Positions 11,111 through 20,589 of a stretch of 34,446 nt of DNA are shown one piece after another. Every line of letters starts with the position of its first letter. Position 1 is the first letter of the stretch. A program made the position numbers and the translations under genes. The DNA comes from Aduncisulcus paluster (taxonomy: Eukaryota). Where the stretch lies: contig BQXS01012435.1 of the NCBI GenBank assembly GCA_024181965.1, positions 1-34,446 of the forward strand, read 5' to 3'. Below the pieces are notes generated by a model. That model was not told where the DNA came from, searched no databases, and saw only the letters and a list, made by a program, of their open reading frames with translations.

Positions 11111-12868
11111 TCACACGGAGACTTTCTCAGTGTCTTCAAAATACACAGCCATGCTATCAACAGCACACAAACCACGTTGAACATTGATGAATCCATTGTC
11201 TCCAATACCTTCACCCCATGAGTTTCTGATGATCCAGTAATCAAGATCCGTGTCATCATCATGACCGTAACCGACCAAAAGAACAGCATGATCAGTCTCA
11301 ACGAAGTTGTCAGGACCGTTATCACCTCTTTCAAGACGGGCATATTTGGATGCAGAACCATCATAAATACCAGATTCAACAACTTGGAGAGCACAACCAG
11401 AGTTAGGATCTCTGTTAACCATAACACCAATAGCAAGAGGACCGTGTTGGTCAAGGTAATCGGTCATAAGATCCTCGGTACAAGCACCGAAGGCACCACC
11501 AATGTAACCGTAGGTTCCAGCAAAGTATCTATCGTAGTCATCACCTTGGAATCTATCCAAATCACAAGTATCAAGGGTAACATTGTCGTCAGCATCCATA
11601 GGGTAAGGCCATTTGTCTTCCCTGACCCATCCGAAATCACGGCCATAACGACCCATCAGATAGCTGAATCCACCATCACAACCCTGACCGAGAGGACTGC
11701 ACTCGAGCATGGGAGTAGGAGCCATTCTGAATTCATCCTCAACAGTACGGTTGTCGAGGTCATAGACACATTCAGTTCCATCCTGGGATTCTTCATGTTC
11801 AATACAATACATGGCCTTCATGAGACCAGCAGAGGCGAATGAGTAGCAAGAACCACACTGACCTTGGTCACGAGCAGGTCCAACATAATTTTTGTTATCC
11901 TTATTCCTCCAGTCAATTCCTTTTCCCTCCCAAGAGGATTTGACAGAACTGGTACCTTCGAATCCAACAGAGTTTCCAAAGACATTACGAGGAGAACCAC
12001 TGTTCTTACGGAAGGTAACATTAGGCTCGTGCTCATGCAATTTGTAATTCAAATTTAGGGAGTTGATGTATTTAGCATAGTCCTCATAGTTTGTGAAGAC
12101 TGGGATATCGTCAGAGTTCTCAGGGGCTTCAGAAACAGGTTCCTCGGTGTTATCTTGAAGACAACCATCAGTGGGTCTGGGGGCAACAAGAGTACCAGTG
12201 TAGCACAAGGTGTCAGGATTGGTGAAACTACCAACGCTGTTAAGGTCAAGGTTCTTGGCCCAACCAGACATAGTTCCAGCACAGAAGGAGAAATATTTAT
12301 AAGTAACGGCAATATCGCTGGGGTCTATCACATTTCCATCTTTATCATACATTACTTCAGTGGAAGCTGGACGAGCGTAGGCTGAGAATCCGTAAACACT
12401 GAAGTTTCCTGTGGTTGAGGTTTCAGCATCATCAAATGTAAGAGTAAGGGAGAGGTTCATCTCAAATCCTTGGTTGTAGACACCAGTCCATGTCCCAATT
12501 ATCTCATCTCCTTTGCTCCAATCATTTCCACCATTGTTAATAGCTTCATAAACGTTATACTCGTAATCAAGCCACACACGAACAACAGTTTGAGTGGGGT
12601 GATACTTCCATTTCCTGGTCATGGTTTGCATATGTGTGAAATCAGTACCTTCAATAAATCCATCATCTCCATGGTCAACAGGGAAAAAATCATGGCAAAG
12701 GCCATAAACTGAACTGTCGTCAGATCCAGTGTGAGTGAGATAACCGTCGCTACTGAATCTTAACTCCCAGACACCCAAAAACTTGCAAGAAGTACATTGG
12801 GCTTGTGTATCAGCACTAATAAAAACAATGAGAGCAAGTATCAGTGTTAAAAAAAGTTTTAAGTGCAT
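11111..12868 (-). CDS. CTSC: Cathepsin C / dipeptidyl peptidase I (papain family C1A), 585 aa
   Basis: Signal peptide then DTQAQC..FLGVW (exclusion-domain start) and GTWTGVYNQGFE. Catalytic motifs DQGQCGSCYSF, QGCDGGF, TDHAVLLVGYG and WIIRNSWG. Confidence 0.9.
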   Translation of the reverse strand: MHLKLFLTLILALIVFISADTQAQCTSCKFLGVWELRFSSDGYLTHTGSDDSSVYGLCHDFFPVDHGDDGFIEGTDFTHMQTMTRKWKYHPTQTVVRVWLDYEYNVYEAINNGGNDWSKGDEIIGTWTGVYNQGFEMNLSLTLTFDDAETSTTGNFSVYGFSAYARPASTEVMYDKDGNVIDPSDIAVTYKYFSFCAGTMSGWAKNLDLNSVGSFTNPDTLCYTGTLVAPRPTDGCLQDNTEEPVSEAPENSDDIPVFTNYEDYAKYINSLNLNYKLHEHEPNVTFRKNSGSPRNVFGNSVGFEGTSSVKSSWEGKGIDWRNKDNKNYVGPARDQGQCGSCYSFASAGLMKAMYCIEHEESQDGTECVYDLDNRTVEDEFRMAPTPMLECSPLGQGCDGGFSYLMGRYGRDFGWVREDKWPYPMDADDNVTLDTCDLDRFQGDDYDRYFAGTYGYIGGAFGACTEDLMTDYLDQHGPLAIGVMVNRDPNSGCALQVVESGIYDGSASKYARLERGDNGPDNFVETDHAVLLVGYGHDDDTDLDYWIIRNSWGEGIGDNGFINVQRGLCAVDSMAVYFEDTEKVSV

Positions 12869-13235
12869 TTTATCTCTTCTCTATTGTCAAATAGAAAAGA
12901 AACATACTTGAAAAAAATTGAAACCAAAAATAGATTTTAATTCCACCCCTATACTCTTCTTGTGATGAAAATATTTTCCAAATAAAAAATAATAATTAAT
13001 ACTGGTATGTAGAATGATTTATTAAAAACATTTTTTGCTCAAAATGCATATTCCAGCTCAACAAAAAAATCTGGAGAAACAAAAGAGAAAATAAAAATTA
13101 CATCAAAAGAAAATGAGCAAAAAGCAATAACATAAGAACTCAAGATAGCAAAATTGGCCTAGCAGAAGGAAAAAACTACAAAAACAAAAAAATAAAGCTG
13201 AGACGAGTAAAGGCTTCATAAATTCATTCTACAAA

Positions 13236-15878
13236 CTATTTGCCTTCAGATTTCCATTCATTCATCAATCTTGAAAGCTTTATATCACGAGGAGTGCCCA
13301 TTCCACCAGGAAGGTCTAAAATAGGAACCCCTGGCGCAGCTTGGCGAGGACTCCGAGGAGATCCAACCCCGTCAGGGTTAGAAGGATCAAGAAGGTCATT
13401 CATAACCCTTTCCATGCTTCTCTTGGCCTTTGTGACATCACGAAGTTCAATTCTCATTGTATCACTCACCATTACTTGCCTCTTAAGGGCCGTCTTGGTG
13501 GTCCTAAGTGATCCGAGTGCAAAGAAGAGGAGCAAAATCATAATGAGAGCCAGGATACCCAGAATTCCAGGGTGGAATGCAATGGACAATACCCGACTTA
13601 ACGAAGCTCCAGGCAACGTGACAGACTCGGAATAATGCATAATCACTCCGACCATACTTCCATAATCCTGTTGAGCACCACAGATAGTCACCTCTTTCTG
13701 CATCACCCAGAACAGGACAAGAAGCATAGATACAAACACTATGGCACAGGCTCCCACAAGGAATCTGTTGAGACTCTCAACACCCCAAGGCTTGTCTTCA
13801 CGCCGGCAAAAGAAAAGGGCTTCCCACTTCCGAACGTAGAATACGATAAAATTAGTCACACATGCCATCACAACAACTCCTGGGGAAGCAACCATCCCGA
13901 GGAACATGATGCACTGCCTGTAGAGCATATCCACAGCAATGACCTCCACTTTGAGTGGATATGGCTTGAAACAAGCAAACAACGAAAGGAATCCTGGTAC
14001 AATCAGAGATAAGGAGAGCTGCATGATGAGATCTATCCACATGAGAAGCCATAGGTCCTGTCCAGCTGAGGTATATGGACAGATGTCTCCAGTAAAAAGA
14101 TCCATCATCGAGATGCACATGGTTCCTAGGATAATAGCTTTCACAAGGGTCACCCGGACAACGGTATGCACAAGCCTGGTGGAAGCATACTTCCAGGGCT
14201 CAACAGAACGAATAATGGCCCTCACAAGAAGTGGAGATATGGTGTTCATTCCAGAAACGATCATTGGGATATACCATAAACCTGTTCCATCCTCAGAATC
14301 AGCCTCAAAGCGCTTCAAAAATACAAGCGCCAAAACAAAGCCGAAACAGATTCCCGAGGTAAGGGCAAGTCCAATGAAAGCACGGAAGAAATACTGAAAC
14401 ATTGGTCCGATCGATCCTTTCTTGGCATTCATCTCAGCCAATTCCTTCTTGAGAATCTTTCTCTTCTTTACGAGCTCTGATATCTTTGTCGTAAAAGCGA
14501 TGTGGCTATCCTGAACACCCAATGGGTCTTGTTTGGAATGGTCCCAGAACGAGAATAGTGCGCTTGAGAATGCCGTATGTTTTCCAAGACCTTGGGCACT
14601 GTTCTTATTGCCCTTGGGCTTGTACAAGGCTCGTAGAGTTAAGATGGTGAAGAAAAAAAACAAGATCAGACAGACACAGAAGGTTAAGGTGTATCCTAGA
14701 TCCATATGATACACGTTACTATTGTAGAGATCATAAGAATACTCATATTCGGGAAGAAGGGGTGCATAAAATAAGGCGGAATCCTCAAACACACCACTAC
14801 CTTTGAAAAAATGAAAGAAATTGCGTGAAAATATATTGATTAACACGCTATTATGCTCCCCTGATAGAATCGCAGGAATAGACACGAATGCAACAAAAAG
14901 AATGGTGATTAAAAGGTTTAATTCAAATAACCACCGAATAAATTCAAATAAGGCCCCTTCTCCGGCTCCGAAACGACCACGGATCTTTCTAATACTATCT
15001 CTCCAAAGAGGATTAACATCACTCGTCCTTCCACTTTGTTCCTTCATTCGTTTCACGGAGTCCCATTTATCCTTGAGAGTTTCAGAATTGGTACAACACG
15101 TGGGCTTGCAACATAGGTCTTGTTCATCAGAATCGGCATTCATTTTTTGAAGCAACAGTCCTGGATGGAACCCAGCAATGAGTTTCTGCATGTAAGATCC
15201 ATATTTCCTCCTGTCTGAAGATGAAAAGGGAAGAACTTTACCCTGAAATATCCTAATCTCAGCAGCAGTCATATATTCTCTCTCTGATAGAGAATTGGTG
15301 GTGATTCTTTGCAATTCTTCAAGATGACCAAGGATTTTTTTGTTTAAAACAAGGGCATTGTCATCTGGAACCTCACGGGAGATATCACGTTCGCTATCAA
15401 CACTAAGAACAGTGGGACGCATGTTACGGGGAGATGCTATAAAACCTTCCTTGTTTGCAGCAGCCATTTCTTCAAGGGCCTCCTTTTCAGCCTTCTGCTG
15501 AGCTCGTAGTACCGTGGGATTAATTTGGATATCATCTGATGGATCGGCTACCGATTCTTCTTTAATCGCTCCACCATCTTCTTTCTCAGGTTGGAGCCTG
15601 GAAGATTCAGGAACAGAACCAACAGATAAATGAGAGGATACTGGTGGAGGTTCTATTTCATCCTTGACTGCTTCTTCTTTAACGACAACACCAAAGGCTT
15701 GAATATCCTTACTGATAGCTTCCCGATGGGAGTCTTGTCCCCCAATTACATACCCATTTGTATCATAAACATTATCATCACTTTGAACATCGACGGGTAT
15801 GGATGAGGGTTTTGGAGGTTGGGATGATATAATCTGTCGAACAGGTATAGATAAAAATTGTGGAGTTACTTGTTTCAT
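13236..15878 (-). CDS. Transmembrane channel-like (TMC) family protein, 880 aa
   Basis: LWRDSIRKIRGRFGAGEGALFEFIRWLFELN matches the TMC pre-TM1/TM1 motif. Also FKGSGVFEDSALFY, CPYTSAGQDLWLLMWID (cf. CWETxxGQE) and LYRQCIMFLGMVASP...FYVRKW...C. About ten hydrophobic helices. Confidence 0.85.
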   Translation of the reverse strand: MKQVTPQFLSIPVRQIISSQPPKPSSIPVDVQSDDNVYDTNGYVIGGQDSHREAISKDIQAFGVVVKEEAVKDEIEPPPVSSHLSVGSVPESSRLQPEKEDGGAIKEESVADPSDDIQINPTVLRAQQKAEKEALEEMAAANKEGFIASPRNMRPTVLSVDSERDISREVPDDNALVLNKKILGHLEELQRITTNSLSEREYMTAAEIRIFQGKVLPFSSSDRRKYGSYMQKLIAGFHPGLLLQKMNADSDEQDLCCKPTCCTNSETLKDKWDSVKRMKEQSGRTSDVNPLWRDSIRKIRGRFGAGEGALFEFIRWLFELNLLITILFVAFVSIPAILSGEHNSVLINIFSRNFFHFFKGSGVFEDSALFYAPLLPEYEYSYDLYNSNVYHMDLGYTLTFCVCLILFFFFTILTLRALYKPKGNKNSAQGLGKHTAFSSALFSFWDHSKQDPLGVQDSHIAFTTKISELVKKRKILKKELAEMNAKKGSIGPMFQYFFRAFIGLALTSGICFGFVLALVFLKRFEADSEDGTGLWYIPMIVSGMNTISPLLVRAIIRSVEPWKYASTRLVHTVVRVTLVKAIILGTMCISMMDLFTGDICPYTSAGQDLWLLMWIDLIMQLSLSLIVPGFLSLFACFKPYPLKVEVIAVDMLYRQCIMFLGMVASPGVVVMACVTNFIVFYVRKWEALFFCRREDKPWGVESLNRFLVGACAIVFVSMLLVLFWVMQKEVTICGAQQDYGSMVGVIMHYSESVTLPGASLSRVLSIAFHPGILGILALIMILLLFFALGSLRTTKTALKRQVMVSDTMRIELRDVTKAKRSMERVMNDLLDPSNPDGVGSPRSPRQAAPGVPILDLPGGMGTPRDIKLSRLMNEWKSEGK

Positions 15879-16297
15879 ATATTAAGTTAGGAGAGAAAAT
15901 AATGGATCGCGAGAAACAAGTTAAAAAAAATGATAATAATTGATATAAACGCAAGATAAGGGTAAAAATAGATTTAAACAGGTCCTTGAACAAAAGTTAA
16001 GGTTAGATTGTTGGCAAAAACACCATCGTTCACCAGTGTGGATTTAAATCCCTCAGATTGGGACCTTTCCCATAATAATATGAATTTTTTTTGCTTTATT
16101 TTTTTAATAAAATGATATATTGAAATAAATAAATCTGATATTTTAAAATTTCTTTTCACAAATCGAGAAATATTGAAACGGAGCAGATTTTCTTTCGGGC
16201 AATACCAACATTTTGTCGCCATATATCTTCTGTTTACAAATTAATCTTGTATTCTGATTTAATCGTAAATTAAATATAGAGATAAGAATAGTTCTTA

Positions 16298-19200
16298 ATG
16301 GCTGATCTCAACACGTCTGAGATAATGATGTTGTTATGTCTAAATAGCGAAAATGGAAAGTTAGAACCTTTTATTTCACGAAAAAATGCAAGATCTATGT
16401 TTTTTGCTGCTATTATTTTTTCGCTACTCCAAGGTAATCAAAATTTATATATTAATCCCTCTTCTGGTGAATTGCAGGTGCTAACAACTGAGAATCTTGA
16501 GGTTGATTTGGGTCGGCTTTCTTTTGGCCGTACAGAAACACGTGGAGATGTCAATACTGAGATTTTGAAGGCCTTTTCTCATGTTGTCCCTTATCATGAT
16601 CATTCTTTGCCCTCTAGTGAAATGGATACATGCTCAAGTGTGGATGGAGTTACAATATTTAAAGGAAAACAACATGTTGCCACTGATAAAAGTGGTGAAT
16701 CCACAATCGGTGTAGATTCCATCCATTCATCTGATAAAGAGATATCCATGGGAGAACTACCTTCGTCGTATAGAGAAGAGCTCTCAGATGTTTTAATGGC
16801 AAGGAAATCTCCTGTAATGCGCCTTTCTCATGTATTTTCAAAAAAGCAACAGCGTCAGCAGGAAAAATTTTATATTCCTCCCGAAGCTCAAGAAATATTA
16901 AAACCAGAACAACGTGATCGAACATCTCTCCAATTTCCTAAATCATCTGGCGATGAACTTCATCGCAAAAGTACCGAATATCACCCCATATATAAAACCC
17001 TACCAAACCCGTCTTCCCCATATTCAACTGCTCTCCACAATACAGATCATAAAAAACCATATGATGATGTTGCTCTCACCCCATCTTTGTGTCTATCACT
17101 TTCATACAACGCCTTTTTAAATCTTATGCGGTCCACCCACATTCCACATCATCTTTCTTTCTGGCTTGATCCTGGTGTCTACGATATTTTATACAAACAA
17201 ACATTTCTTCAACGTGGTAAGGCTATGAGTTATCAGCGATTTAAACCATTGCCATGGACTCACAAAATTGTAAGGAAATATGTTCGTGAAAATCAGTTTA
17301 AACATAAAGCCCTAACGATGGTCATTAAACAAATTCAAACTAACCCAGACAAAGACTTCGTTGTAGATCCTCATATGCATGACCAAAGTGATGTTCCTAC
17401 CCACGGTTCAACTGCTCTTGACGATGATACCTCCGGGAGGAAGCTCTCACAACACCCTATTTTACAAGATAGAGCATCGTCTCCGCAATATGACACTGGG
17501 ACTGGGTTTGCAACGACAAAGAATCCACATCTAATTGAGGAGGATGCTCTGGGACTTTCATGCTCAGTTCCCCAATCTATTATCTCTGAATATTCCACTT
17601 CTGACACACTGGATGGTGCCAAAGATAGGTCCATGGAAGAAAGCACTGGAGACACAGGTGTACATCGTGTCCAAGGAATATTCCAGCCTCACACAGCCTC
17701 CCCATTATTCGATACAATGAAGATACCATCTGATGGGACATCTGATTCATTCGAGTCTGGCCCTGACCACCTTGAGCATGACCACGGGATATGCAAGAGC
17801 TATGATGTGGCCGTGGATGATGGAGAGGCCGAGGATGAGTTCTTTAGTGATGATATGGGGTATGTGCTGTGTCGTGCAGATACGGAGATCGCTGGAGAAC
17901 TCGACATATCGTCTGATAACGAGAAGGGGTATGAATCGTTAAGAGAGAGATTATCACAGAAATTGAAGATGAAACCACTCAAATCTGACATTCCTGACAG
18001 TCGCAGAGATATTATGATGGAGAGTACTATTGGTCGTGATAAAATAGACATTTGTGAAGAGGAGACTAGACATGTTGACGGGGGTTGGACTGATGATTCT
18101 GAAGGACGAATAGATAGGGTTTCGCTACCAAGAATACATGAAGGAAAGCGTGAAGAGGATATTATTCCTTCTCATATTGAAGGAAAAGTGGAACTATTTG
18201 CAAGGACTCCCTTTGAAAAGGAGCATAATGTAGGAGATACTGATATATATTCTTCCCAACCCAACCCTATTCGATGTGTAATTTCGTCTGATTCAAAGGA
18301 GGAGGAAGAGGATGAAGTGCGATCCTCAGAGAAGGTCATAGAAGAGGAGGAAGAGAGTGGGAATGTCGATAGTGGAGCTGATACAGACGATATATATGAT
18401 ACAAACGAGACCTATGGACCTTTTAGGAGGNNNNNNNNNNNNNNNNNNNNCTCATATTTAAGGAAAAGTGGAACTATTTGCAAGGACTCCCTTTGAAAAG
18501 GAGCATAATGTAGGAGATACTGATATATATTCTTCCCAACCCAACCCTATTCGATGTGTAATTTCGTCTGATTCAAAGGAGGAGGAAGAGGATGAAGTGC
18601 GATCCTCAGAGAAGGTCATAGAAGAGGAGGAAGAGAGTGGGAATGTCGATAGTGGAGCTGATACAGACGATATATATGATACAAACGAGACCTATGGACC
18701 TTTTAGGAGGTTCTTTTGTGCGTTAGGTGTTTTTCTTCTCTCTTTGCTTGAGTTTATTGCCTTTGACCTTGTTTCTTGCTTCTCCTGCTCATCCTCTGAA
18801 GATGAGGAGAGTGATGGGAATCCTATCTCAAATGAAGCAAGAGTGAGATGCTTCAGACAAAAACAGGCCTTCCAACGTTTGATTGAGAGTACACAAAGGT
18901 CTGACTATGCTTCATTTCCGGGTAGTTCTCTGGAGCAAGATGTGAGGACTCAGATCCTTGGGAATATGTATGCATATGCTGATGTGTACAAATACAATAC
19001 CATTGAGGATGATCTTGCTGTTCCCGAGAGTTCTGTGGCCATTGGTATTCCTGATGTTGCCGCTGATCATGTCCTTCTTGGAGACGTATGCCAGGCTGAT
19101 GTGACTGGTGGGGTCATTCATGAAAGAGAGAGGAGGAAGGAAGAAGAGGATGAGAAGGATGAGGATACTGAAAAGAAAGCGTTGGAACAAGCACAAGAGA

Positions 19201-19787
19201 GACATAAAAAGCATCGTGAAGCATGCGCATTGGTGGTCTCTCTACCTTTCTCCCCTGCTCTTCATATGTCATCAATGCTTTTGTCTCTTATCAGTAAGAA
19301 GTATCTTTTCCTCCTCCTTGATCCTCTTGCAGTGCTTTTTACTGAGCGCCACAAAGAAGATCTTCTCCTCTCACAACCCTTGAAATCACGGTTCTTGTTC
19401 TTCTTCACTCACCAGTGTAGAAGGGGAGTTCGTAAAGGAATCATAGCTTGTGCCGTGAGGTGGGGCAAGTCTTGGAGAACAGATAAGCACAAAGTTACGC
19501 TGAATGGACTTGAATTCTCCTGTGTATTTGCTTGCATTGCTGTTTCTTTGATCGCTTGCGATGAATGTAAGGATGATAAGGAGACGTCTATCCATGATGT
19601 GGCTAAATCTGATTCTTGGAAACGAGGAAATGCTGAATACCCATTTATATCTCATTTTCGCATTCTATTTTTAGATATTCTCAACGCTGTATGCAAAGAT
19701 GTTTCTGCGTTCCCTCCTCAATTATCCCAGACTGTTCTTCTTTTAAGCACTCTGTATAATGTGACTCACTCCAGTGAATTATCGTAA
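16298..19787 (+). CDS. Hypothetical protein, ~1069 aa after collapsing the gap duplication
   Basis: ORFs 16298..18496 and 18468..19787 fuse in frame once the 260-bp duplicate and gap are removed. Long acidic/low-complexity middle; no confident family. Confidence 0.75.
18171..18710. repeat. Tandem 260-bp duplication around 20-N gap (18171..18430 = 18451..18710); probable assembly overlap
   Basis: The copies match except for one mismatch near the contig end (G18179 vs T18459). Confidence 0.9.
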
Positions 19788-20026
19788 ATATAAATATTCT
19801 CTCTTTCCTTTCCTTGTCTCCTCAATGTCTCCTTTATTCTTTATTCTTCACTATTATTTTCGTCTTTCCATTTTAATTTTATAATAATCCACATATATAT
19901 ATTGGTTTGTTAATTTATTATATAAATTTTTATTTGTCTTTTTCTATACCCGATATCTTGTTCGATTTCATTTTGGATGCTTTTGTTTCCTCTACATCCC
20001 TAAAGTCTTTCTTTTTGAAGATTATC

Positions 20027-20057
<31 letters not shown>

Positions 20058-20525
20058 AAACATTTTTCCATCACAAATTGTAATAATATATTGATCGGAG
20101 TTTGTAACGGGGAAGTTCGAGTGATTTCTACTTGATACATACTCTTTTTTTCAACCTCTTCATTCCAATTTGGAATTCTTTTTTTATTGAATTTGATGAC
20201 GATTTTTGCGAATCGATTGGTTATTATTTTCAATTTTTATCGGTTTTTTGTTATTTTTCTTACATATAAGATAAATTTCGAGGGAATTTTTCAAGTTGTT
20301 TTCTTTGATTAGTATCAAACTGATATAAATAAGACTCGGCTGGTTGGCATCGTTTTAATTATTATATATTATTATTCTTATTATTTGGCTTTCTTATTGT
20401 AGATAATTTGAGATAGGAGTAGATTTTGATTCATTGGATTTTTCAACAGTCATTTTTGATTCTATAATAAACCCTGACTAGCAATACAATGAGATGGAGA
20501 ACAGGGGTTGGGTTTCAGGGATCTC

Positions 20526-20544
20526 ACAAATTCAACCCTCAACC
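20526..20544 (+). repeat. 19-bp direct repeat, left copy (ACAAATTCAACCCTCAACC)
   Basis: Exact match to 23152..23170. Lies 45 bp beyond the kinase stop codon. Confidence 0.9.
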
Positions 20545-20589
20545 AAAATACAAGATTCGTCTCATTCATACAACACAATTTATAGAAGA

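Noticed and set aside
16040-16075. tRNA T-arm-like or RNase P/MRP CR-I-like motif
   Set aside because: No cloverleaf and no matching CR-V partner found.
20027-20055. A29 tract (and A20 at 4240-4259) as retroelement tails
   Set aside because: No flanking target duplication or element body seen. The A29 is outside the 19-bp repeats and on the wrong strand to be the kinase's tail.
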